From positions 29,667 through 93,666 of the IMG/VR virus record IMGVR_UViG_3300029807_000001: 64,000 nucleotides of DNA. The stretch is one strand, 5' to 3'. The DNA is from a virus. Position 1 is the stretch's first letter. Every line of letters starts with the position of its first letter. A model generated the notes under the pieces. The model was not told the origin of the DNA. It worked only from the letters and a program-made list of their open reading frames with translations, and made no database searches. Positions 8,783-17,489 of the stretch are shown in pieces. Made by a program: the position numbers and the translations under genes.

Positions 8783-9600
8783 GAGTATTGGTAACTGGAG
8801 GTACTGGATTCTTAGGTAGGGCATTGATACGGAGTTTGCCTTGTCCAGATGATTGTATTACGGTCGTCGCTCGTAACGAGGGTAAACTGACTGACTTACA
8901 GAATTGTCATCCTTGTATAAACATTGTTTGTGGAGACATAGCCGATCCCCACATAGCAGAAAAAGCCACTAGAAATATAGATAAGGTGTATCATCTAGCA
9001 GCTTTTAAGCATGTAGGATTAGCGGAAAAGGATACGTTTCAATGTATCAATACTAATATTATTGGAACCATGAACCTACTAGAGAAAGCTTGGGTCTCCA
9101 GCTTCGTATATATCAGTACAGATAAAGCAGCTAGTGTAACTGGAGTGTACGGAGCGTCTAAATTTATAACAGAACGTCTAGTGCAAGAATATCAGAGAAT
9201 GAGACCTGCAAATAGATATACTATCGTTCGTTATGGAAACGTTTTGTATTCTACTGGGTCAATTCTACCAAAATGGAAAAAGGCTTTGCAAGCAGGAGAA
9301 GAGATAGTCATAACTGATCCAGAAGCTACTAGATTCTTTTGGACCGTAGACGAAGCTATCAGGACTGTGTTTGATGCTGAAAGAATGTCACAAGATGCAA
9401 ACGCTTGGTGTCCATATATAAAAAGTATTAGCATGGGCAACTTACTTACAGCTATGCAAAACAAGTACGGCGAAGCAACAAGCATTAAGAAGATTGGACT
9501 CCAAGCTGGGGAAAATCTTCATGAGAAAATGTTTACAGACGGACTAGACAGTAGTGAAGTAGAACAATATACTATAGAAGAAATAATGGAAAAGATATGA
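8779..9600 (+). CDS. UDP-N-acetylglucosamine 4,6-dehydratase (PseB/CapD-like SDR)
   Basis: TGGTGFLG, HLAAFKHV, ISTDKA, YGASK, VRYGNVLYSTGS, GENLHE. Confidence 0.9.
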   Translation: MRVLVTGGTGFLGRALIRSLPCPDDCITVVARNEGKLTDLQNCHPCINIVCGDIADPHIAEKATRNIDKVYHLAAFKHVGLAEKDTFQCINTNIIGTMNLLEKAWVSSFVYISTDKAASVTGVYGASKFITERLVQEYQRMRPANRYTIVRYGNVLYSTGSILPKWKKALQAGEEIVITDPEATRFFWTVDEAIRTVFDAERMSQDANAWCPYIKSISMGNLLTAMQNKYGEATSIKKIGLQAGENLHEKMFTDGLDSSEVEQYTIEEIMEKI

Positions 9601-11504
9601 CGTACTTCCCACTACACGTACACTCGCACTTTAGTCTACAGGACGGACTTAGTACACCTGAGCAAATATCTACTCGCTGTGAGGAGATAGGAGTAGAAGG
9701 TTCTGCAATCACAGACCACGGAACAATGTCTGGACATATCCAGTTCCTGTCAGAGATGAAGAAGTCAAAGGAAAAGTCGGCACAAAAAGCGTTGCTAGGA
9801 TGCGAATTCTACGTATGTAAGGAAGACGCAGAGATACAAACCGAGAGAAATAGAAAACTATCCGACCTGTGTATCATAGCACGTAACAAGGACGGATGGA
9901 GAGATATGGTCCAGATGATGTCTAGGGCTAATGATAAGAATACCTTCTACCATAAGCCACGACTAGACCTCGACAGGATAGCAGAATTTACAACTAGCGG
10001 AAATGTAATGGCTTTCAGTGGTCATGTTGGATCTTGTATGGCCAACATACTATTCGATGAAGAGGGAGAGATCTCTAGTCAGTGGAGGATAGAAGGATGT
10101 CGTTTAGCTAGGTGGTTTGAAAACGCCTTTGGTAAGGACAACTTCTTTCTAGAGGTACAGTTGATAGACTCGGCCACTTTTCCCAGACATAAGATTATTG
10201 CAGAGTGTATTAGAGCCATCAGTAAAGACACGGGAATTCCATGTGTGGCAACACCGAACTCTCACTACGCCAGAAAAGAAGACGCTGTAGATCAACAGAT
10301 TCTTATCTGCTCTAAGATGAACTCTACCTTGCAACAAGCAAGTAAGGCATCGTTTGGAGTTAACGGATTCTTTAGGTGTTCACAGTATCATATACCATCG
10401 TTCGTAGAGATGCAAGAGTTTCATACGGCGGAAGAGTTAGACAATACATTACTGTTTGCATCTAGAGTGGATGACTACAAGGGGATATTAAAGAGTCCTA
10501 TCCTACCTAACTTTCCATGTCCTGACGGAATGAATGCCGACTCATATTTGAGGCACTTATGTAAAGAAGGGTGGCGTAATAAGGTTCAGGGAGTAGTCAA
10601 TCCTGCGAAGTTTCAGGAGTATGGAGATAGAGTTAAGAGGGAGTTGGAAGTACTACAGGGAGCTGGACTTTCTAGTTACTTCCTTATTGTAGCAGACATC
10701 ATTAATTTTATTCGTAGAAACAAATGGCTTGCAGGCCCAGGTAGAGGGTCTGCTGCTGGTAGTCTAGTATCCTACTTGATGGATATCACAGCTATTGATC
10801 CTATGCCTTTTGGACTACTCTTTGAGAGGTTCTATAACGCTGGTAGAAATACAGCGGACCACATATCTATGCCTGATGTTGATATGGACGTGCCTAAGTA
10901 TGCACGAGAGCATGTCCTCAAGTATATGAGAAAAAAGTACGGAGAAGATCATGTTGGGCAGATGGTAACATTCCAGACGATTAAGGGACGTGGAGCTTTA
11001 ACAGACGTGCTTCGTGCTCACGGAGGTATATCCTTTCAAGAGATTAAGATGGTGACTAAGAATATCGTAGAAGAACATAAGATCACAGACGAACTCCAGA
11101 AGATGAAACAGGACACAGGAGAATCTTCTATCTTACAATGGTGTCTAGAACACACTCCAAAGAAGTTAGACCAGTGGTGTAGTATTGGCGATGACGGTAA
11201 CCTCATCGGTCCTCTTGCTCAACGCTTTACTCAGGCAATGAGGCTAGAAGGGACAAAGACCGTACAGTCTAAGCATCCAGCGGGAGTAGTTATAGCACCA
11301 GAACCATTGGGCAATATGTGTCCTATGATTTTCGATGTTGAAAGCGGTCAGAAAGCTGCGGCGTTTGAGATGGAAGACCTTGAAGCTGTAGGAGGTCTAA
11401 AGGTTGACGTACTAAGTATTACGTCACTAGACAAGGTCATGGGAGTTTGTCAAGGTTTAGAGTTTGGAGACATACATGAAATTTCAGGAACTATCTGTGA
11501 GTAG
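9597..11504 (+). CDS. dnaE: DNA polymerase III alpha, N-terminal half (PHP + palm/thumb)
   Basis: LHVHSHFS..DG, ITDHG, GPGRGSAAGSLVSY, LLFERF, catalytic MPDVDMD, HPAGVVI, LKVDVL. The ORF ends just after the third catalytic Asp. Confidence 0.93.
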   Translation: MTYFPLHVHSHFSLQDGLSTPEQISTRCEEIGVEGSAITDHGTMSGHIQFLSEMKKSKEKSAQKALLGCEFYVCKEDAEIQTERNRKLSDLCIIARNKDGWRDMVQMMSRANDKNTFYHKPRLDLDRIAEFTTSGNVMAFSGHVGSCMANILFDEEGEISSQWRIEGCRLARWFENAFGKDNFFLEVQLIDSATFPRHKIIAECIRAISKDTGIPCVATPNSHYARKEDAVDQQILICSKMNSTLQQASKASFGVNGFFRCSQYHIPSFVEMQEFHTAEELDNTLLFASRVDDYKGILKSPILPNFPCPDGMNADSYLRHLCKEGWRNKVQGVVNPAKFQEYGDRVKRELEVLQGAGLSSYFLIVADIINFIRRNKWLAGPGRGSAAGSLVSYLMDITAIDPMPFGLLFERFYNAGRNTADHISMPDVDMDVPKYAREHVLKYMRKKYGEDHVGQMVTFQTIKGRGALTDVLRAHGGISFQEIKMVTKNIVEEHKITDELQKMKQDTGESSILQWCLEHTPKKLDQWCSIGDDGNLIGPLAQRFTQAMRLEGTKTVQSKHPAGVVIAPEPLGNMCPMIFDVESGQKAAAFEMEDLEAVGGLKVDVLSITSLDKVMGVCQGLEFGDIHEISGTICE

Positions 11505-11664
11505 TCAGTTTTCAATTGACACGTCTCCACATATTGTATTCACTAAGGTGCAGCACGTCAAGGGAACGTGTTGCAGTAAAGAATATAACGCTACATATAA
11601 GAACAGCGGTGGAAAGCGTAAGGTCATGCAGTTCGCAGCTAACAAAGAAGTACATATCATTTAA
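11476..11664 (+). CDS. small hypothetical protein (62 aa)
   Basis: GGAG followed by ATG at 11476. MKFQELSVSSQF... with a CC pair. Confidence 0.7.
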   Translation: MKFQELSVSSQFSIDTSPHIVFTKVQHVKGTCCSKEYNATYKNSGGKRKVMQFAANKEVHII

Positions 11665-11687
11665 CTAATTTAATTCAGGAGTTTAAT

Positions 11688-12125
11688 ATGAGACTAGCAG
11701 GAGTCCAACCAGGACAGAAATTTACCTACGATGGAGCGACCTATGCACATGATCTAGCAGGAAGATCGGGTGGAGGAAAAGTCGCAGTAGTCAACATAGA
11801 CACAGGAGAATGTTCTATGCTACACGGACTTACCGAGGTTGATGTAGTAGTAGAAAGTGAAGTCGTTGTAGATGAAGACTTTAGCGTAACGGACAGGCAA
11901 GAGCCAGTTATGGTTACAAGCATCGGGTCGTTCGGTCCAGAGGAAGTGATGAACATGGAAAACATACCTTTTGAAAAAAGTCCAGCGAATCCTAACTCCT
12001 TAATTCTGGATGACACGATAGAAGGAGTGACAGAAATAACAGACGAAGAAGTACGTAAGGATTTCTTTAACAGAAGATATTCTCAAGCAATGGACCTAAA
12101 CCCTAAAGAAGAGAAGGAAGAATAG
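11688..12125 (+). CDS. acidic hypothetical protein
   Basis: Strong SD AGGAG, 145-aa ORF. Confidence 0.75.
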   Translation: MRLAGVQPGQKFTYDGATYAHDLAGRSGGGKVAVVNIDTGECSMLHGLTEVDVVVESEVVVDEDFSVTDRQEPVMVTSIGSFGPEEVMNMENIPFEKSPANPNSLILDDTIEGVTEITDEEVRKDFFNRRYSQAMDLNPKEEKEE

Positions 12126-12127
12126 AC

Positions 12128-12394
12128 ATGAGTAACGCAGTGAAACCGAGAGGTGATAGAATCACAGTTCGTAAAGTTAAGGCTACTCCAGTATCTAAGA
12201 ATGGTATTATATTACCAGAAGGTACGGTAGAAGATAATCCAGTTGTAGAAGTAGTCTCTGTAGGAGACGGGCCAGACGTAAAAGATATTAAGCCTGGACA
12301 GCTTGTAGTTATCTGCCAACTGTTCGAGAGAGATCAGATTGGCGACCTGTACATCGTTGACGAAGAAGACATTCGCGCAATATACGGAGAATAA
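12128..12394 (+). CDS. groES: GroES/cpn10-like co-chaperonin
   Basis: KPRGDRITV, mobile loop SKNGIILP, VVSVGDG, IVDEEDIRAI. Confidence 0.88.
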   Translation: MSNAVKPRGDRITVRKVKATPVSKNGIILPEGTVEDNPVVEVVSVGDGPDVKDIKPGQLVVICQLFERDQIGDLYIVDEEDIRAIYGE

Positions 12395-12396
12395 CA

Positions 12397-13128
12397 TTGA
12401 AGAACTATATATGTGTTTACGATTTTGAGACAGATAGTCCTAAGCCAGAAACGTGCGAGCCAGTACAGATTGCTGCTCTCATGCTTCACCCTCACACTTT
12501 GAATATAGTAGAAGATTCGGAATTCGTATCGTACATGCGTCCAGAGGGGATAGACGATAAGAATTACTTGAAGAAGAACTACGACACAATTAAGTGGCAC
12601 GCTACAAACTATCATCCAGACTTCTATGAGTTAAAGAGTGGAGATCAGGATGAAGCTGTAATGGGTATCTTGCAGAAATGGAAAGATGCTCCCAACCAGA
12701 AACAGGTGTGGAGTGACTTCTGTACCTATCTGCTCAAGTACAATAACAATCAGGCTAGACGTAGTAAGTTCTCCGCTCCAATACGTGCGGGTGCAAACAT
12801 CAGACGCTTTGATAATACTATCGTAGATCGTATGTGTACGAGGTTTGGTACTGTTACTAAGGATGGGGAGCAGAAGATTTTTCAACCTCGTGACGTAGTA
12901 GACATTATGGAACTAGCCTTCTACTGGTTTGAGAATCTGCCAGAACCCAAGGCTTACAATATGGGTGCTTTGAGAGAATTCTTTGGAATGTCCGATGAAG
13001 GTGCTCATGATGCTCTCGTTGATATCAGAGACGAAGCAGCAATGATTCAGAAGTTCTTGAGACTACACAGGTCTATAGCGGCCAAGGTTAAATTTCGTGG
13101 GGCAATGATTCCCAGGTTGAGTTCATAG
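12397..13128 (+). CDS. dnaQ: DEDDh 3'-5' exonuclease (DnaQ/epsilon-like)
   Basis: YDFETD (ExoI), GANIRRFD (ExoII), AHDALVD (ExoIII). TTG start after GGAG. Confidence 0.88.
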   Translation: MKNYICVYDFETDSPKPETCEPVQIAALMLHPHTLNIVEDSEFVSYMRPEGIDDKNYLKKNYDTIKWHATNYHPDFYELKSGDQDEAVMGILQKWKDAPNQKQVWSDFCTYLLKYNNNQARRSKFSAPIRAGANIRRFDNTIVDRMCTRFGTVTKDGEQKIFQPRDVVDIMELAFYWFENLPEPKAYNMGALREFFGMSDEGAHDALVDIRDEAAMIQKFLRLHRSIAAKVKFRGAMIPRLSS

Positions 13129-13139
13129 TTGGAGAAAAG

Positions 13140-14843
13140 ATGGTTGAGATTAAAGACGGATACGCTCATTACGAATGTGGGTGTAAGTTTGAAGTAACGC
13201 AAAATGGTCCACCGATTAGACTTAGGGTAGACCCTCGTATAGAGACCTTACCTAAAGACTGTAGTAGAACGTGGAATCTATTCGCTACTGGTAATACTAA
13301 AGGTGTATTTCAGCTTGAGACCAGATTCGGACAGCAGTATTCAAAGAAGCTGATGCCCGAAAACATAGAGCAGTTAGCTGCGTTGATGGCTATCCTACGA
13401 CCTGGATGTACGCAAAGTTATCGAGGCAGTAAGAACATTGCTGAGCACTACATAGACAGAAAGAATGGCGTAGAAAAGGTAGAGCAGTTTCATGAAGCAC
13501 TAGCACCTATTCTTGTAGGAACTTTTGGTGAGATGATTTACCAGGAACAGGCTATGCAGATAGCTCAACTCATAGCTGGCTTCACCTTACAACAGGCTGA
13601 CGTACTACGTAAGGCTATTGGTAAAAAGAAAGCCGACGTTATGGCCGAGGTTAAGATTGAATTTATAGCAGGCTGCAAGTCCGTAGGTATAGTAACTAAG
13701 GAAGAAGCGGAAGAAATCTTTGGGTGGATCGAGAAGTCACAGAGATACTCGTTCAACAAGAGTCATGCAATCTGTTATGCGTTTAATGCATATCAGACAG
13801 CATACTTCAAGGCTCACTTTCCCGTAGCTTTCTTTACTTCTTACTTATGGTATGCTAAAGACAAGTCAAAGAAGTTCGACGAGATTAAATTACTCATAGC
13901 CAATACTAACCAGATGGGTATTAAGGTTCTGCCTCCTGATTTTAATAGCGACAACTCTAGATTTAAGAGAGTGTACGATAAGATCAGCGACAATTATAAC
14001 GATTACGACGACAGTATCTACTTTGGCTTCGGTGACATAAAGAGTGTTGGAGAGAACCGTGTCAAGAAAATGAGTAATGCTATATACATAGCGGAAACAT
14101 CTCTAGATAAGCATAGAAGTAAGTGGACCTGGATAGAGTTTCTAGTACATTTCTCTCAGCAGGTAGACAGTACCATAATGAAAGGTATCATAGAAGCTGG
14201 AGCACTGTCTCACTTTAAGATAGCTCGTACTAAGATGTTGTTTGATTACGAACAGTACTCAGTACTAACTAAGAAGGAACAGGCATGGATTAAACAGAAT
14301 CTCACTGCCGATAATATCATAGAACTACTGGAAAAAGCTGTAGCTCCATATAGTAAAGGAGGTAAGAAGATTAATGGTCCTTGCAATAACTACAAGAGAG
14401 TACAGAAACTAAAGGATATAATAGTACTAGCTAAAGATCCTCCTTATTCAATGGAGGACTCTACAGACTGGATAGCCCGTATAGAGGAAGCTAGATTAGG
14501 AGTATCTATCACAGCATCTGTACTGGACTCATGTAAGGACTTAGATCAGGCTAATTGTACCATACTAGAGTTCAATAAGCAACAGGAGAAGTCTAGTGGA
14601 ATCTTCATAGCTTGTCAGATAGAGGAGATCAGGACGCATATCACTAAGACTAAGCAAGAAGAGATGGCTTTTGTGACCGTCAACGACCAGGAGGACTCCC
14701 TAAGCTGTGTGGTTTTCCCGAAAGATTGGCCAGAGATCAAAGCTTGTGGAGCATGTGTGACAGAAAACACTGTTATTATAAGCGGAGACAGGTCGAAAAA
14801 TAAAGATAGCTTTATTATTAAGAAAATGTGGCAGTTAACTTGA
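13140..14843 (+). CDS. dnaE: DNA polymerase III alpha, C-terminal half (fingers, HhH, OB-fold)
   Basis: TKGVFQLE, LRPG, IYQEQAMQ, ADVLRKAIGKK, YSFNKSHA, LPPDFN, GDIKSVG, MAFVTVND. Confidence 0.93.
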   Translation: MVEIKDGYAHYECGCKFEVTQNGPPIRLRVDPRIETLPKDCSRTWNLFATGNTKGVFQLETRFGQQYSKKLMPENIEQLAALMAILRPGCTQSYRGSKNIAEHYIDRKNGVEKVEQFHEALAPILVGTFGEMIYQEQAMQIAQLIAGFTLQQADVLRKAIGKKKADVMAEVKIEFIAGCKSVGIVTKEEAEEIFGWIEKSQRYSFNKSHAICYAFNAYQTAYFKAHFPVAFFTSYLWYAKDKSKKFDEIKLLIANTNQMGIKVLPPDFNSDNSRFKRVYDKISDNYNDYDDSIYFGFGDIKSVGENRVKKMSNAIYIAETSLDKHRSKWTWIEFLVHFSQQVDSTIMKGIIEAGALSHFKIARTKMLFDYEQYSVLTKKEQAWIKQNLTADNIIELLEKAVAPYSKGGKKINGPCNNYKRVQKLKDIIVLAKDPPYSMEDSTDWIARIEEARLGVSITASVLDSCKDLDQANCTILEFNKQQEKSSGIFIACQIEEIRTHITKTKQEEMAFVTVNDQEDSLSCVVFPKDWPEIKACGACVTENTVIISGDRSKNKDSFIIKKMWQLT

Positions 14844-14868
14844 CACTTGTGCTCTAGTCGAGTATACT
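14840..14868 (+). promoter_or_regulatory. sigma70-type promoter upstream of ssb
   Basis: TTGACA (14840-45), 17-nt spacer, TATACT (14863-68). Confidence 0.85.
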
Positions 14869-14906
14869 TATAGTGTAATTGGTAATTTTAACGAGGAGAT
14901 GAGAAG

Positions 14907-15344
14907 ATGAACATTGTAGTCCTAAAAGGCAACTTAACTAAAGACCCAGAAGTCAAGACCATTAATGCTAATGGCAAGACAACTAGCGTAGCTCAGTTTA
15001 GCATCGCGGTTAACAGACACTACAAGAAGGCTGATGGCTCTAAAGAGCAAAGCGTCACCTATGTAGACTGTGAAGCATGGGACACTGGAGCAGAGACTCT
15101 TGGTAAGTACGCCAAAAAGGGAGACCCGTTACTTATTAACGGAGCACTCAAACTAGACCAATGGGAAACAGACGGACAAAAAAGGTCCAAGCTGAAAGTC
15201 CGCGTAACAAACTTTGAGATGTTACGAACCCGTAAGGACAGGGAAGCACTAGCCAGTGCTGGTGGAGCAGAATCTAATGACGCTCCTACCGAGCAACCAG
15301 TAGCTCCAGATGGTCAGCCAGTGGACGACGACATTCCTTTCTAA
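14907..15344 (+). CDS. ssb: single-stranded DNA-binding protein
   Basis: MNIVVLKGNLTKDPE, FSIAVN, GQKRSKL, acidic tail DDDIPF. Confidence 0.95.
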   Translation: MNIVVLKGNLTKDPEVKTINANGKTTSVAQFSIAVNRHYKKADGSKEQSVTYVDCEAWDTGAETLGKYAKKGDPLLINGALKLDQWETDGQKRSKLKVRVTNFEMLRTRKDREALASAGGAESNDAPTEQPVAPDGQPVDDDIPF

Positions 15345-15841
15345 TGGTGGTGTCTAATATTAATCAAGATCAACTAGCCTCATTACTCGAAGAGAACATG
15401 GGGCTAGTTGTTTTTCTAGCTAAGTCTTTCAACCCCACTAGCCACTACGACCTAGAAGAATTTATACAGATAGGTCGTATAGCAGCATGGAAGGCTATTC
15501 TCAAGCACGACCCCGAAAGAGCCGCGCTGAGTACTCTGATATGGCATCATGTAAGATGGGCCATACTAAGAGACCTAGACAGACGTAAGAAACAACACGT
15601 ACAGTTAGATGACACCATTCCTATCGAAGATAAATCAGTAAGTTCTATAGTGTGGGAGTATGTACCAGACTATCTAACTAACAACGAACAAACAGTATTA
15701 GACATGCGTATGCAGGGTCATACGTTTGTAGATATATGTTCTACGCTGGGGTTCTCCAGAGGGTGGTCAAACAACGTATTCAAATCTGCGATAAAAAAGA
15801 TCAATGAAGCAAACGAGAAAAAAACGAATCTTAATGTGTAA
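15344..15841 (+). CDS. RNA polymerase sigma70-family factor (regions 2 and 4 only)
   Basis: ENMGLV, DLEEFIQIG..A.WKA..K.DP, region-4 HTH LTNNEQTVL...TF..I...LG.SR. Confidence 0.85.
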   Translation: MVVSNINQDQLASLLEENMGLVVFLAKSFNPTSHYDLEEFIQIGRIAAWKAILKHDPERAALSTLIWHHVRWAILRDLDRRKKQHVQLDDTIPIEDKSVSSIVWEYVPDYLTNNEQTVLDMRMQGHTFVDICSTLGFSRGWSNNVFKSAIKKINEANEKKTNLNV

Positions 15842-17489
15842 TGATGCTCATTTCCTATACACTGGCTATGCCAAGTATGGGAATGAGGTGTTAAGTCGTC
15901 TAGCTAAAACTAACAAGTTTGAACTAGCTGAGCTATCTTGCTATGGGTACGTTAACGACCCTAGAGACAACCATGTGCCGTGGAGATACTACGCCAACTC
16001 GATAAAGGAGGAGGCTGACCTGCAATTTCCCGCATACAAATCCCATCCTCAGAATCCTTTTGGTAACTGGAGATTCGAGAGAACATGCGTAGACTTTCGA
16101 CCAGATATCGTGTGGGATATACGTGATCCGTGGATGCTTGCATTTGAAGGTACTTCTACTTTTCGTCCCTTCTTTCACTGGGCGATCATGCCGACCGTAG
16201 ACTCCGCTCCTCAACAAGAGGACTGGGTATCTATCTTCTCTGGTGCTGATTCGGTGGCAACTTATTCCGACTATGGAATGAAAACGTTACAGAAGACAGG
16301 AAGCAATATACCTCTCACTTCTGTTGCGTCACCTGGAGTTGATCTAGATGTATTCTCACCAGTCACCGATAAAGCTGCGCATAGAAGAAAGTTAGGATTC
16401 TTCCCTAACGCGAATATCATTGGTACTATCATGCGTAACCAAGCTCGTAAACTATATCCAGACTTGTTTCAAGCCTTTAGAAAGTTTATAGATAACTGTT
16501 ATGATAAGGGTGAGAAAGATCTCGCCAACAATACATACTTGTATCTTCATGTAAGCTATCCAGATTTAGGATGGGAAATTCCGTCCCTGCTTAGAGAACA
16601 TGGTTTAGGCAGGAAGGTTTTATTCACCTACATCTGCAAAAATTGTGACAGTCCGTTCGCCAGCTTCTTCAAGGATGCTCGAACCGTATGTCGTCGATGC
16701 AATCACGCTAGTGCTGTACTTCCCAGTCCAGATAGAGGACTTACTCCATCTCAGCTATCGGAAGTAATTAATACGTTCGATGCATACATACAATATTCAG
16801 TGTGTGAGGGTTTCGGTATGCCTCAAGTAGAAGCTGCTGCCTGCGGAGTACCAGTCATGTCAGTAAACTATTCTGCTATGGAAGACGTAATTAAAAACAC
16901 CAAGGGTATGCCTATACCAGTAGAGAGAATGTTTAGGGATGTAGGTACTCATGCTTATAGAGCCCTGCCTGACAATGATGCCTGTGCAGAGATAATATAC
17001 AAGTTCTTCAAGAAGCCTTCTGCTATACGTAGGGTCATGGGTAACAAGGCTCGTAAGGCAGCAGAGAAATATTACAACTGGGATGCTACGGCCAAGATAT
17101 GGGAAGACCATTTTGATAGCATTGAGCTAACCAACCTACAAGGTAAGTGGAGTGCTCCTATGTTACCATGCGGGAAACCTCCCACTATGCCAGATCCTAA
17201 ACGTATGGTTTCTAATTCTCACTACGTTGACTGGCTAATATTAAACGTGTTGAAGGAACCTAAGCATCTTAATAGCAGATTCGCCCTGAAATATCTGCGT
17301 CAATTGAATTATGGGTCTCGTCAATCGGGTGTAGATATGATTCCAGTCACTAGAAAATCTGTATATGACGAAATGTCTGCATACGCCTATAATAAGCTTG
17401 AGTACGAGATGGCTAGAACTGGACAGTTAGAGCTACATAACGCGGACTTTATTGAGTACGCTCACCAGAGAGATAAGTATCTAAAATGA
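15804..17489 (+). CDS. GT-B (GT4-like) glycosyltransferase with Zn-ribbon insertion
   Basis: TGYAKY, PGVDLDVF, RNQARK, EGFGMPQVEAAACGVPV, YNWD. CKNC...CRRC insert. Confidence 0.9.
   Translation: MKQTRKKRILMCNDAHFLYTGYAKYGNEVLSRLAKTNKFELAELSCYGYVNDPRDNHVPWRYYANSIKEEADLQFPAYKSHPQNPFGNWRFERTCVDFRPDIVWDIRDPWMLAFEGTSTFRPFFHWAIMPTVDSAPQQEDWVSIFSGADSVATYSDYGMKTLQKTGSNIPLTSVASPGVDLDVFSPVTDKAAHRRKLGFFPNANIIGTIMRNQARKLYPDLFQAFRKFIDNCYDKGEKDLANNTYLYLHVSYPDLGWEIPSLLREHGLGRKVLFTYICKNCDSPFASFFKDARTVCRRCNHASAVLPSPDRGLTPSQLSEVINTFDAYIQYSVCEGFGMPQVEAAACGVPVMSVNYSAMEDVIKNTKGMPIPVERMFRDVGTHAYRALPDNDACAEIIYKFFKKPSAIRRVMGNKARKAAEKYYNWDATAKIWEDHFDSIELTNLQGKWSAPMLPCGKPPTMPDPKRMVSNSHYVDWLILNVLKEPKHLNSRFALKYLRQLNYGSRQSGVDMIPVTRKSVYDEMSAYAYNKLEYEMARTGQLELHNADFIEYAHQRDKYLK

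Noticed and set aside
11400-13260. Split intein or intron joining the DnaE halves
   Set aside because: No intein block A after the N-extein and no HN/C junction in the second ORF. The gap is filled with ordinary genes that have their own RBSs.
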